Source: Macrostomum lignano
Taxonomy: Eukaryota
Direction of reading: 5' to 3'
DNA: 64,000 bases
Assembly (NCBI GenBank): GCA_002269645.1
Contig: NIVC01000905.1
Location: 310,001 to 374,000 of the forward strand
The notes beneath the pieces were generated by a model that searched no databases, had not been told where the DNA came from, and saw nothing but the letters and a program-made list of their open reading frames with translations. Below, piece by piece: positions 42,401-63,420 of this stretch. Numbering within the stretch: position 1 is the first letter of the stretch; each line of letters begins with the position of its first letter. The translations under genes and the position numbers were made by a program.

Positions 42401-43270
42401 TTCCCTACTCCACAAGGTAAAAAATACGTCCCTGGACATCACACTCATCCGCAGACTATTCGACGCGCTTGTCACCCCCGTTATCACGTACGGCTGTGAG
42501 CTCTGGGGCCCTCTGGCTACCATTTCTGAAACAAAAGCTATTGATAACATTCAGCTGAAATTCTACAAATATCTCCTCAATCTACCAAAATTTGCTAGCA
42601 ACAGTGTGATATCATCAGAACTTGAGCTTACTCCAATCTCCCAACGAATTGCTAAAACCTATCTTACCTACTGGCTGAAGATTAGACATCAAAAACTTTG
42701 CCAAACGACACTAGAAATTTTCTACTCAAACACCAGCCAAAAAAATCCATGGAAAACAAATATACTAAAGAAACTGGAAAGTATAGACTTAAAAGCACTA
42801 ACTGAAGATAAACTTTCCCAAAGCTTTAATAACGAGAAATACCTAGTGAAAAAGCACCTCAAGATACACAGAGAAAGAGAACTTAGCCAAAAGCTAGAGA
42901 ATCAGCAACATATTAAACTCTATAAAAACGCCTATCTCTACAAAAAAATCTGCAGGCCTGACCTTTCAGATTACTTTCCATGCACTTTTAGAAACAAAAA
43001 ATTCCTAACAACCCTCCTAAAACTGAAATGCGAAATTACACCCAACATTTTCTCTCATGAACCATGTAGACTGTGTGGAGCGAGAAATGGTTCCGATATC
43101 CTACACTACTTGACCGAATGTCCACAAACCGAAAAGTTCAGAAAAAATACTTCTGTCAGTACCTCCTAAATGACAAGCAAGTACACAAGTTAGGATATGC
43201 TACAAATGAAAAAAGAGTCAGAAAAGAGCTCACTGGTGTAGCTAAAATATATGAAGTCATGAATAGCTAA
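39438..43270 (+). mobile_element. 5'-truncated LINE: ORF1 C-terminal remnant (39438-39680) + ORF2
   Basis: RPLVVCL...VRIENDLTEKER is a typical LINE ORF1 C-terminus. ORF2 follows in the same frame, and its C-terminus probably continues to 43270 after a one-A slip at ~43145. Confidence 0.85.
39687..43169 (+). CDS. Non-LTR retrotransposon ORF2 (APE endonuclease + reverse transcriptase + C-terminal zinc knuckle), RTEX/L2-like
   Basis: EN motifs SWNITGL, LQETW, YIPP, GDFNAH, SVIDL, SDH. RT motifs KAPGHD, NYRGICI, QYGF, DYEKAFD, QGNPLS, FADD, KYLG. C-terminal CRLC...HYLTEC. Confidence 0.95.
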   Translation: MTSDLFDTRCINKSTDANRTKKKRIQYTRDYLILINNSITHRNIKISQNAKSKLSELNIKKIKQNFTISSWNITGLYTIKDSVMIPKLELLEAEPIFKHDIFCLQETWIIDTKSNDRLLSTDKLRDNYTIFQKSANKKGSSSTGRASGGLLTAYKKSLETHFNVTESFNNYNNFLTLNFKNKKDKSKNFTVINSYIPPTSSKYYEEESWEQLALILDAHHSEENIILVGDFNAHTYNTDHIDLHRISTLKAKNISLYRQSQDKKTCKSGRLLNQITNSYNLHIINGRSLSDATGTLTFISKTGSSVIDLCFVSSNLLEHFEDFKVRNHTYLSDHNQIILSLSCKFTAEITETKQATNNQRTKFRILRKLDKPTPQQEKHINCFSDDLKDLENKIPNLDMQNPAFIHNLSKKVQQIQSKITVETKNPLCSALPQFLKDLRNATRHASRRYKMFPTSSNLASKIQLKKTYEKSLISWKHESILCAENMINQAYIQNDTRQLWQLLKPHNRPNNNAAIDKKFVIHFQNLVTEQDSSIRLAYNLHLDNPILTNLEDFNAPFTKEEVIKHIKKLKTDKAPGHDKVYVETLKYLENELTDLLCSLFNEALKQGTFPTSWITNTLHPIYKNKGSSADPNNYRGICIQPIFGKLFCQIIKSRLENLAYANNLISKYQYGFKPNHSTIDQCFNLYNIINQSIYNKNELFIGFVDYEKAFDSLNQPTLWHKTDNQGIKGQMTELIKNMHKNACFILKKDDDDDETQPIPISKGVLQGNPLSTILFELYIDDIVEYLELSSARRSLTRSAFPLILLFADDQAILAKNKDELQDTFTTMENYCKQNYLKVNASKTKFMQGSTRQKNDTESFATKIIYDNQEIEEVNEFKYLGIIFEPKNSFKKCIEHQTKQGYSAMFSLLHKVKNTSLDITLIRRLFDALVTPVITYGCELWGPLATISETKAIDNIQLKFYKYLLNLPKFASNSVISSELELTPISQRIAKTYLTYWLKIRHQKLCQTTLEIFYSNTSQKNPWKTNILKKLESIDLKALTEDKLSQSFNNEKYLVKKHLKIHRERELSQKLENQQHIKLYKNAYLYKKICRPDLSDYFPCTFRNKKFLTTLLKLKCEITPNIFSHEPCRLCGARNGSDILHYLTECPQTEKFRKNTSVSTS

Positions 43271-44348
43271 AACAGTTATGCAAACTGAAACAGACATATC
43301 AGCAGTGAAATAAATCCGCCTTTCCCATTTTTAATTTCCTACTTAATTAGCACTTAATTAGTATTTAATTAGTTTCCTATCTAATACCTATTTAAATCGT
43401 CGTCATTCGCTTAACGTAAAGTCCCTTCGAAGTTCGTTTTTGTTCATTTTTCTTTCGTTTTTACTTTTATTAACTGCAATACTTTTTTTAACTCCTTGCT
43501 TTTTCTTTCGCTTCGTTAGTCGTCCAAGTATCGTTAATAACTTTTCCGCGTTCTTTCAAATACCATTTTGCAAAACCCGTACTAATCATAATTAAATAAC
43601 TAGTGCTAAAATATTGTCTCCTATTCCTGAAGCAATCTTAAATACATAGAAATATATTGGCCAAACAGGCTTCTTGCCTGAGCCAACTTACTACTACTAA
43701 AATCACTGCCCCGCCGCCCCCCAAAGTAATAATGCTAGATTGCTAGGGCCTAGCGACACCACAAAAATTTTACTAAACTGTGAATAGACAGATAAAATAT
43801 GCATATTCGTCGATATAAAAATATGCTGCTTGCCGGCGCTTAACATGCTTAACATGTATAAATGGATATCATGCTGTTTTTTGTTAGTAGAGTAGTGTAG
43901 TAGTAGGCCTAGTACTAGTAGACAGGAATCATAGTAGCCTACTGCTAATGCAATGCAACTGGAAGCTTAGCTTTTTAATTTTTAGCCCAATAAGCATGCT
44001 TCTAGCTTTTTATCTCGTTAATTCACTGTGATAGGCATGGCATAGATATTAGGCCTAGCCAATAGATGGTATACTATATAGACATAGACCTGTAGTAGCC
44101 ATATAGGCCTACTCTGGTCTCTAGAATCCTGGATCGTGTTAAATGCATGCTGCCGCTGGGAAACACAAACCTGGTGTATGGAATGCTTATCAAGCGGTCA
44201 AGCCTTTATCTTCATCATGCTTTTATCATTTTAGTATATCTTTAATTTTTTTTGTTTAATAGATAGTATAATTATTAAATACATTTTACATTTATAATTT
44301 TAACAAAAAAGTATAAAACATAGTCCACAGGCCTAGTCTGGTCTGGAC

Positions 44349-46022
44349 TCTGGATCATGCTTGGTGCACACTTAAACAAAAATTGAATGTGAATAGTTAG
44401 GGCCTACAAATAAATACATACATATGCAACCTCCAAAATTTGATCAGCTATGCAAATTAGTTTTAACAAAAAATTCAACTTAGTTTTTAGCCAAAAAATC
44501 AAAAATGCAACTTATATGTAAAAGAAACCCTAAAGCATGCTTTAACGCAACTTTGGGTAAACAGCAGGAGTAAATATGACTGTCTTATAAAGGCAAAATG
44601 CCTCATTATTGACTTAGTATTAGGCTACTTAGGTATTTATTTGGGTGGACATAGTTGCAAGTTGCAACTTACCTTGGTTAGCCGCCAAATTAGTTGGTTG
44701 GATTGGCTGATTTGGCTGACTGTTGCTTATGTATAAATGGATATCAAAAAAATTTAAGTGCACACCTACGCTTTTCAAATCCATGATGCTATTGTGATAA
44801 TAAATAGGCCTAACTTTTTACGTTGCAACAGTAAATGACTTTTTTGTATTATATAAAGAATTCTTTTTGGCAGATTATTTGTTTTTTTTATCTTTTTTGC
44901 CTAAACTTTCTATAATGGAAATCAATATTTACAAACATTTGTTTAAATACTTTATTATCAGCTTGAAAATGAAATCTAAAAGCTTGAAATTTACATTAGG
45001 CCTAAAAAACTTTTCAATCTTTTTCCACTTAATAGGCCTACTAACTCTTCTACTTAATACTAACTCTTCCACTTAATTCTATTAAGTGCATGCCATGTGT
45101 GCATAGATACTATTTTCTTAATCTTAGGATTAAGAAAGGATTTAGGATCTAAGATCTTAGGATCTTAGGATGCCAACTATGCATGCCTTACTATTGGTAG
45201 GCCTATGCAAAGCCAATGCATACCTAAATTTTAAAGCATAGACCTATATTATATGATCTATAGTATAGTGTAGCATAGAATAGATATAACTTAGATTCTA
45301 ATTTTCTAGGCATTATTTGTGTTCTCTAGGATTTTATTTGGTAACATTTAAAAAAAGCCCTAAAGTCTTTTTGTCTATTCTGTTTTGTCATATTTTATGA
45401 CAAATTTTATGTTTTGTCATATTTTATAAAAGATTAAACAATTTAAGCATGTCTTGTCTTTAGGCTTGGCCCTTATGATTTATTCAAATAGCTCCCTCAA
45501 ATGACATGCCACACTCCAAATCATGTAATATACACCTAAAAATTTAGGTATACATTAGCCTTGCATGCCAAACATTGGCATGCACAGTTGGTGTGAAGGA
45601 CTCCTAAGAAAATGGTATTCGTGCATACCTAGCATGCACTTCATAAAATTCACAAAAAAGATAGTGTTACTTATAACTAGAAAAATAATCATTCCAAAAA
45701 GTTTATTTTTAAGCATAAATTTCAAGCTTTCCAGTTTTTAAGCTTATAATATAGCAATTAAATAAATGTTTTACCTATCAATTTTCTACCAAAGATAGCC
45801 CAGTATAGGCAAAAAAGATTAAAAAGCAAATTATTTGCTAAAAATATTCTTTACACAGCACAAAAAGGTCATTAACTATCACAACACAAAAAAGGCCATT
45901 TATTGTTGCAATAAATAAATACTCCTATAATTAAGAGTATGGGTAGGCCTATGCACAATTTTTTTGGTATGCATTTGTCATTATTCAATTTTTGTTCAGG
46001 TGTGCACCAAGCATGATCCAGA
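44349..46022. mobile_element. Non-autonomous DNA transposon (~1.67 kb) with 40-bp terminal inverted repeats
   Basis: TCTGGATCATGCTTGGTGCACAC (44349-44371) is the exact reverse complement of 46000-46022. The match extends to 38/40 bp (44349-44388 / 45983-46022). Interior AT-rich, no ORF. Confidence 0.7.
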
Positions 46023-46608
46023 CTATAGAAGTCATGCTTAATCTTTCTTCTATTTAATATGCCTATAATTATTGAAATATAATATTCCTAATTGCCAAAT
46101 AAGGGTTTTATGGCATTTTTGTTTAAATAAGCAACATTTTTCTCAAAACATATGCAAAAATATATAACTTTGACTAACTATTACTTTTTAATACTTTTAG
46201 CCTTTGCCTTAAAACTTTAACAAAAGAACAATAGAAATCTCTTTTATTGAATACAATAAAGATAAAGCCAAGATAAAACTAAATTTTTCAATTTCATTCA
46301 TTGAAAAATTGGAAGACATCTATTACATTTAAGATGTTGTGACTAGGATATTAGAAAAGTAAAATAATAGTAGCCATAGACTTAAAAATGATGATCCGTC
46401 TCTTTAAAACAGTTTAATTAATTGTTTACTATAAATATTCTACTTTTTTATTTATATACTTGTTATATTTAGAAATGTAGAAGAAAAACTTTTTGTAATG
46501 GTTCCTAGAATTTTTTAGTTATGACTAGGATCATGATTAGTTAAGCTTTAGTTTATTTAAAAAGTAACAAAACAGTTCCTTTTTCTAAATAAACTTTGAA
46601 TTGACAAC

Positions 46609-46847
46609 TAGTGGCATCACTTCCAATTATGGGAGGGGGGGGGGCAGTGGTTGGGTTGTCACCCCCTCTAATTTCAAGAATTAGAGCAGTGCATTATGCT
46701 AAAATCTTACAAAAAAGCATAGCAAGCTCGTACTAAAAATTATAGTGGGTCACTTCATAAAAGGATGGGAATGGTCATCCCCTAGAGGGTAGGATGGTAG
46801 TCACCAAGGGGCAGAATCCCTCTTTGCCCCCACCTGCACCACCATTG
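46609..46847. mobile_element. hAT-type MITE
   Basis: 8-bp direct repeat TTGACAAC at 46601-46608 and 46848-46855; imperfect ends TAGTGG.../...CCATTG; subterminal G- and C-runs. Confidence 0.55.
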
Positions 46848-47601
46848 TTGACAACTTTATTTTCTGTGTCATAAGTAAGAAAATACAACATATATTTATA
46901 CTCAGCAACATTGTAAAGCTGCCACTCTATGCGCCAGTGAGCAGTTTCTCTTGGACTATTCTGAAATAAAAGTTACAAGAAAACTGATTGGTGTAGCTTT
47001 AATCCATTCAACCCTTGCAAACCGCTCCCCCCACTTCATTCCTAAACTCAAGTCCGCCATGGCGTAGCTGAGTTATGTCACTCAGAAAGATGAGAGGCTT
47101 TACCTGCACTTTCAAAAGTGGCGACCACAGAAAGAACCTTCTGTGATGGCGACTTTTTGATGTTGCTGAGTACAAGCATATATATACCTTACACATATAT
47201 GCAATACATGTACTTAAGATCATGCAATTACTGATGTACTGTATATTGCATAGGGCATAATGTATATGCACAATAATAATATTCTTTGTCCTTAAGTTGT
47301 AAATCATTGCAAAAACACATTTTGCTGCCATAGGCTAAGATCCTTGCCTAGATCAATGAAATAGCTCAGATAAAAGAAGTTAATAAGGCATGCCAATGAA
47401 ATGCTCCAATAGGTACTCGTAAATGTTTATTATGGTATGTGCAATTTCTCTTTGAATACTTTCTCATTGTTATTTGATAGTACTTGTAGTAGACTTGTTT
47501 GCATTTTTTCAACTTTTTTAATTATATTATTTTTACAGATAAATTTGACAACAGTTTTGTATTTAAATTAAACTTGAACAGAAACTAAAAAAGCATTAGC
47601 A

Positions 47602-52213
<4,612 letters not shown>

Positions 52214-52704
52214 GGATGAGAGCTTTTAAGAGAGCTTCTCCGGATGTTTGAGTTGTCTGGGTGTGAAAATTATTGAATGAAGCCGACAGCAGAAAAACTA
52301 CAAAAAACCAAACCATTTTATCGTCCCACTCGCATAATATTGTTTTGAAGTAATTGTATTTGCATTAGTAATGATAATCTATATGATATAGCTGATGTAG
52401 CAGCAGAATTGCAGATCAGTTCTTTTTTCCTGAATTTGGTTCGCTTGATTCACTCACTCTGCGCGCGAATTTATTTATTTATTTATAGATTGATAGACTT
52501 TTCTCAATTCAATAGTCTCTTTGTGGGTTCTGTGTGTCTATTCCGGCATGCACAATTTAAGGTTTTTATTGTTTTCCAGATCACTGCTGTTCAATCTATT
52601 GTTTATTTAATTTGTATTTTTGTCCTGTTTTTGTTACCTGCTTTAAATCCTGAGCTTTGCTGCTGGTTTGCGATTAATTCTAATTAATATTCTCCTCTTT
52701 GTTG

Positions 52705-53650
52705 CTGGCCCAGCCTCACAGATCCCCAGTTGCTGGGCCAGCCTCCCAGATCCTCAGTTGCTGGGCCAGCCTCCCAGATCCTCAGTTGCTGGGCCAGCCT
52801 CACAGATCCTCAGTTGCTGGGCCAGCCTCCCAGATCCTCAGTTTCTGGGCCAGCCTCCCAGATCCTCAGTTGCTGGGCCAGCCTCCCAGATGCTCGGTTG
52901 CTGGGCCAGCCTCCCAGATCCTCAGTTGCTGGGCCAGCCTCCCAGATCCTCAGTTGCTGGGCCAGCCTCCCAGATCCTCAGTTTCTGGGCCAGCCTCCCA
53001 GATCCTCAGTTGCTGGGCCAGCCTCCCAGATGCTCGGTTGCTGGGCCAGCCTCCCAGATCCTCAGTTGCTTTGCCAGCCTCCCAGATCCTCAGTTGCTGG
53101 GCCAGCCTCCCAGATCCTCAGTTACTGGGCCAGCCTCCCAGATCCTCAGTTGCTGGGCCAGCCTCCCAGATCCTCAGTTACTGGGCCAGCCTCCCAGATC
53201 CTCAGTTGCTGGGCCAGCCTCCCAGATCCTCAGTTGCTGGGCCAGCCTCCCAGATCCTCAGTTGCTGGGCCAGCCTCCCAGATCCTCAGTTGCTGGGCCA
53301 GCCTCCCAGATGCTCGGTTGCTGGGCCAGCCTCCCAGATGCTCGGTTGCTGGGCCAGCCTCCCAGATCCTCAGTTGCTTTGCCAGCCTCCCAGATCCTCA
53401 GTTGCTGGGCCAGCCTCCCAGATCCTCAGCTGCTGGGCCAGCCTCCCAGATCCTCAGTTGCTGGGCCAGCCTCCCAGATCCTCAGTTGCTGGGCCAGCCT
53501 CCCAGATCCTCAGTTACTGGGCCAGCCTCCCAGATCCTCAGTTGCTGGGCCAGCCTCCCAGATCCTCAGTTGCTGGGCCAGCCTCCCAGATCCTCAGTTG
53601 CTGAGCCAGCCTCCCAGATCCTCAGCTGCTGAGCCAGCCTCCCAGATTTT
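52705..53650. repeat. 28-bp minisatellite (GCCAGCCTCCCAGATCCTCAGTTGCTGG)n
   Basis: Direct inspection. Confidence 0.97.
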
Positions 53651-54404
53651 CAGTTGCACAAAAGCAGCAACTCAGAAAAATAAACAAGGTTAAAGCAGAA
53701 CCTGCCATTGTTATTTAACCTGGGATTGCTACATTAACTTTTCTGATTAATATTCATTTAGAATGCTACACACACGTATATATTCAGTTATGCTGTCATT
53801 CAAACGAACTTAGTGTCCAATGGATTATTCAGCAGCAGAAGACACAAATTATGAATTAATTAGTTTATCAATGATGTTTTTCTTCATATTCCAGTTTTTG
53901 TCCTCAGTAACTAGTGATTTGCCAGCAGAGAATCTTTAGTGATAATTATTTATTACAATTATTGCAATAAGCAGGTTTTTGATGATTGCCATATTCTGAT
54001 TCAGAATGCAGACTTTTTCATTACGGTTCAAACCCCAACGCTATTACTGTTGTTGCGATGATATGAGTAGTATACTCTAGAGAGTTGCTGTCAAAATATT
54101 TATTTGTTGTGATTAGCATTCCTTTTGTTGTGGTTCAGTTTATTTTTAATAAAGTCAATATATAAATCGTTCATTATTATAGGTAGTATAGTGAAATCTG
54201 CACACGAATAATGCTATTGTTAGTAGTTAATTTAATAATTATTATTGCTTTAGATGAACACTTTCGATTCCAATGAACAACCTGCTATAATTAATCTGAT
54301 AAAATTATAATAAAAATCTGATATCTCGAAGCGACAGTTAAAAATCTTTCATTTAGTAAATTTCTTTTAGGATCCTGTTTTTCAAGATTATTTCATCCCC
54401 ATTT

Positions 54405-55135
54405 GGCAGGTCGCCCCTGCATCTGCTATGAGATTCGTCCCTGCATCTGCTATGAGATTCGTCCCTGTATCTACTATGAGATTCGCCCCTTGTACCGTAT
54501 GAGATTTCCCCCTGTATCGACTATGAGATTTGCCCCTGTACCCTCTGAGATTCGTCCCTGTAGCCACTATGAGATTCGTCCCTGTAGCCACTATGAGATT
54601 TGTCTCTGTATCTGCTATGAGATTCGTCTCTGTATCCACTATGAGATTCGTCTCTGTATCTGCTATGAGATTCGTCTCTGTATCCACTATGAGTTTTGTC
54701 CCTGTATCCACTGAGATTCGCCCCTGAATCTGCTATGAGATTCGCCTCTGTATCTGCTGAGATTCGTCCCTATATCCAGTATGACATGCGTCTATGTTTC
54801 TTAAATGAGATTTGTCACTATCTGCTAGGAGATTCGCCCTGTATCTACTATGAGATTCGCCCCTGTACCCTATGAGATTCGCCCCTGTACCCTATGAGAT
54901 TCGCCCCTGTACCCTATGAGATTCGCCCCTGTACCCTATGAGATTTCCCCCTGTATCGACTATGGGATTCGCCCCTGTACCCTCTGAGATTCGCCCCTGT
55001 ATCCTATGAGATTCGCCCCTGTATCCTATGAGATTCGCCCCTGTATCCTATGAGATTCGCCCCTGTATCCTATGAGATTCGCCCCTACATCTACTGAGAT
55101 TCATTCTTTACACCAGCTAAGGCCTACGAGATGCT
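54405..55135. repeat. ~22-bp minisatellite (TGAGATTCGCCCCTGTACCCTA)n
   Basis: Direct inspection. Confidence 0.93.
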
Positions 55136-55174
55136 ATGAGCTCAGTAAATTTCGCAGCTTCCAGCGGCCCCATC

Positions 55175-56601
55175 ATGCCGGACTGGTCGGGAATCACCCT
55201 GAAGTCGACACTGAAAGACGCCTACGCCGATTGCATCTTGCGGCTGTTCCAGCCATTCAAAAGCAAATCCTGGGACGTCGCCTTCGATGCCGGCACTTTT
55301 AAATCGTCGCTGGTGAACAGCTGCGAATTGCGCGACTCGCCCGAGGTGGAACCGTCGGGGTGGACGCCGCTGCACTATGCGGCCAGTGCCGGTGCCCCGG
55401 CCTGGGTGGCCGAGCGGCTGGTTGAAGCCGGTGCGGCTCGGTGCGCCAAGGACTGGCTGGGCAGGACTCCGCTGGATTTGGCTAAAAGTGTGCCAGGATG
55501 CGGACAGGTGAGAGGCCAAAGTGCAGGGGTAATTCTTTGGTTATTCGCATATTTTTAGATAACTCTCCCATTAGCATATGTGATCCTTAGTTTTGGGATA
55601 TTTCTCCCATTAGCTTATGGGATCCTCAGTTTTGGGATATTTCTCCCATTAGCTTATGGAATCCTCAGTTTTGGGATATTTCTCCCATTAGCATATGGGA
55701 TCCTTAGGTTTGGGATATTTCTCCCATTAGCATATGTGATCCTCAGTTTTGGGATATTTCTCCCATTAGCATATGGGATCCTTTGGTTTGGGATATTTCT
55801 CCCATTAGCTTATGGGATCCTCAGTTTTGGGATATTTCTCCCATTAGCTTATGGGATCCTTAGGTTTGGGATATTTCTCCCATTAGCATATGGGATCCTT
55901 AGGTTTGGGATATTTCTCCCATTAGCATATGTGATCCTTAGGTTTGGGATATTTCTCCCATTAGCTTATGGGATCCTCAGTTTTGGGATATTTCTCCCAT
56001 TAGCATATGGGATCCTTAGGTTTGGGATATTTCTCCCATTAGCATATGTGATCCTTAGGTTTGGGATATTTCTCCCATTAGCTTTTAGGATCCCCAGTTT
56101 TGGGATATTTTTTTCATTAGCTTATAGAAAACTCAGTTTATGGGATAATTCTCCCATCTGTATTGTCCCTCAATATTCGCCTACTTATATTTCCCATAAT
56201 TCCCTCGAATTACCTTCCTTCAGGACCTCCTGGCAGCCCTGACGCCAAGTTTTCACCTGCCAGCTGAACAGCTCGACAACTCTCAGCTAGACGCCATGGA
56301 GAGCCATTTCCACGGCCTAATCAAAGAAGCATCTATGGGTCTGTCCGATAAAGGTCACCTCAGTATGCTCCCAGTTCGAGTCCTGCTCGAATCTCACCTG
56401 ACATCCGGCTTAAACGATTGCTGGAATTTTCCTATACCGGGCATGTACGGCGGGTTCTATAATATTCACCTGGTGCTGGGCGGCGATGGCCGGGTGTCGC
56501 ATCTGCAGTGCGAGAGCTGGTGTCGCGTCTCCGGAGGCTCCGGTCGGAGGGACAAGGTCACCGCCGACGGGGTGGAACTGCTTGAGTCCGGGTTTGTGTG
56601 A
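55175..56601 (+). CDS. Ankyrin-repeat protein of bacterial-type architecture, 2 exons (55175-55507, 56224-56601), 236 aa
   Basis: Phase-0 intron (CAG|GTGAGA...TTCCTTCAG|GAC) joins the two ORF pieces. Ankyrin WTPLHYAASAGAPAWVAERLVEAGA..KDWLGRTPLDLA. C-terminal FPIPGMYGGF...ESWCRVSGGSGRRDKVTADGVELLESGFV*. Confidence 0.85.
55560..56125. repeat. 39-bp minisatellite filling the ankyrin gene intron
   Basis: Unit GGGATCCTCAGTTTTGGGATATTTCTCCCATTAGCTTAT. Confidence 0.95.
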
Positions 56602-56709
56602 CCAAGTTTGAAAATTTATGTCTGTTAAACCTCTGACTGAAATATGGAATGCCTTTAGGCAATGTTTTACTAAAATAATTTGTACCTTTCGGGGAATTAT
56701 ATACCTATA

Positions 56710-58312
56710 AGCCAGTAGGATTATTGGGGGAATTTTGTATCCTCATTAGCCAGTAGGATTATTGGGGGAATTTTGTATCCTCATTAGCCAGTAGGATTAT
56801 TGGGGGAATTGTATCCTCATTAGCCAGTAGGATTATTGGGGGAATTGTATCCTCATTAGCCAGTAGGATTATTGGGGGAATTGTATCCTCATTAGCCAGT
56901 AGGATTATTGGGGGGATTGTATCCCTATTAGCCAGTAGGATTATTGGGGGAATTATATCCTCATGAGCCAGTAGGATTATTGTGGGAATTATATCCTCAT
57001 GAGCCAGTAGGATTATTGGGGGAATTATATCCACATGAGCCAGTAGGATTATTGTGGGAATTATATCCTCATGAGCCAGTAGGATTATTGTGGGAATTAT
57101 ATCCTCATGAGACAGTAGGATTATTGGGGGAATTTTATCCTCATGAGCCAGTAGGATTATTGGGGGAATTGTATCCTCATTAGCCAGTAGGATTATTGGG
57201 GGGATTGTATCCCTATTAGCCAGTAGGATTATTGGGGGAATTATATCCTCATGAGCCAGTAGGATTATTGTGGGAATTATATCCTCATGAGCCAGTAGGA
57301 TTATTGGGGGAATTATATCCACATGAGCCAGTAGGATTATTGTGGGAATTATATCCTCATGAGCCAGTAGGATTATTGTGGGAATTATATCCTCATGAGC
57401 CAGTAGGATTATTGGGGGAATTTTATCCTCATGAGCCAGTAGGATTATTGGGGGAATTGTATCCACATGAGCCAGTAGGATTATTGTGGGAATTATATCC
57501 TCATGAGCCAGTAGGATTATTGTGGGAATTATATCCTCATGAGCCAGTAGGATTATTGGGGGGGATTGTATCCTCATGAGCCAGTAGGATTATTGGGGGG
57601 ATTGTATCCCTATTAGCCAGTAGGATTATTGGGGGAATTATATCCTCATGAGCCAGTAGGATTATTGTGGGAATTATATCCTCATGAGCCAGTAGGATTA
57701 TTGGGGGAAGTATATCCTCATGAGCCAGTAGGATTATTGGGGGAAGTATATCCTCATGAGCCAGTAGGATTATTGGGGTAATTATATCCTCATGAGCCAG
57801 TAGGATTATTGTGGGAATTATATCCTCATGAGCCAGTAGGATTATTGGGGGAATTGTATCCTCATGATCCAGTAGGATTATTGGGGAATTTTATCCTCAT
57901 GAGCCAGTAGGATTATTGTGGGAATTATATCCTCATGAGCCAGTAGGATTATTGTGGGAATTATATCCTCATGAGCCAGTAGGATTATTGGGGGGGATTG
58001 TATCCTCATGAGCCAGTAGGATTATTGGAGGAATTATATCCTCATGAGCCAGTAGGATTATTGGGGGAATTATATCCTCATGAGCCAGTAGGATTATTGT
58101 GGGAATTATATCCTCATGATCCAGTAGGATTATTGGGGAATTTTATCCTCATGAGCCAGTAGGATTATTGGGGGAATTTTATCCTCATGATCCAGTAGGA
58201 TTATTGGGGAATTTTATCCTCATGATCCAGTAGGATTATTGGGGAATTATATCCTCATGAGCCAGTAGGATTATTGGGGAATTTTATCCTCATGAGCCAG
58301 TAGGATTATTGA
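56710..58312. repeat. 36-bp minisatellite (GAGCCAGTAGGATTATTGGGGGAATTATATCCTCAT)n
   Basis: Direct inspection. Confidence 0.97.
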
Positions 58313-58802
58313 AGCAATCCTTAATTATCAATTTAAGTCCTAATAGATTTTAATTTAGTATATTTAGATTGTTCTATACAGGTGTGTCCGAATGCAGATT
58401 ACGGAGTTCTGTCTGCATGTATTTTATTCCGTTAATGCTCACGTTTTTATATTAATAGAATATTTATTTTTGTTATCTACTCAAGATGTATTTTCAGTAT
58501 ACGAGCGTATTGATAAGTATACACATTTTTAGATAACTTTCCTAAATCCAGTCTGTGATTACACCGAAATTCCCCTGTGCATCTTGTGATTCTTTCTGCT
58601 TTTATTGACACATTTTTTATTCTTAATGTGCTATCCTATAAACATATCAATATCTTATTGAAATAGACTTGACAAAAATTTTAAAAAGCTTTAGACAACT
58701 TGCATAATCTTTGTTGTATTGTCAGGCAAAAATAATTTTCTGAATCTCTCGCTTCTTGTACTTCATGCCTTGAAAATGTCTGGCGTTTCAAATGCAGTCT
58801 GG

Positions 58803-62755
<3,953 letters not shown>

Positions 62756-63080
62756 ATAGATTAAATACGAGCTCGTAGATACACAGCTAGATAGATCTAT
62801 AGATAGGTAGTTTTTTTACAGTAAATTCTTATTGACTGAAGCAATAGCAGAAACCCTTTGAATTCTGTCTGTCTGTCTGTCTGTCTGAAACATCGTTTTA
62901 TGGCAGAAATAATAAACGTGTGGACTCTGTCAACAGCCAGACCGGCAGGTAGCAAATGTAATTCAAAGGGGAATGCATCGCATTAATTCAGAAGAGTCAT
63001 TTTGCATAATAGCGTGTGACGGAGCAGCTGTACCAGTCTATAAAGCTGCTAGAGCGGACAAGTCCTACAGTGTTGTCTTG

Positions 63081-63420
63081 ATGGAATTGCACACCATGAA
63101 AGAGGGCAACAGGCCGTCTATTTCGAATTTAGTCAGAGAATTAGTCTCCGAGAGCACAGCTCACGGAATCAGCCGAGTGACTTCAAGCTGGCGCGATGTG
63201 ATACTCAGAGTCCTTTGGCTGGCTTGTTTCGTCGGCTTCCTCATCCTGATGATCAACACGTCGAGGACCTTCGTTCATCGGCTGAGACACCCTGGCGTTA
63301 AATCTGAACTTAGAGCGACGACGTGAATGTGGCTTTCGAGTTTCGGATTTGTACTTTTGCAACACAATGCTAGCTGCTGGCTCGTCAATTTATCTGCTAA
63401 ATGAGACCGAGTTAGATCAG
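63081..63420 (+). CDS. 5' part of a DEG/ENaC (ASIC-like) sodium channel subunit: HG motif + TM1, interrupted at 63324
   Basis: ELVSESTAHGISRV...RVLWLACFVGFLILMI is the conserved pre-TM1 HG motif and TM1. The +1 frame continues FRVSDLYFCN (cf. FPAVTICN) to a possible donor CAG|GTGACG at 63421. Confidence 0.7.
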
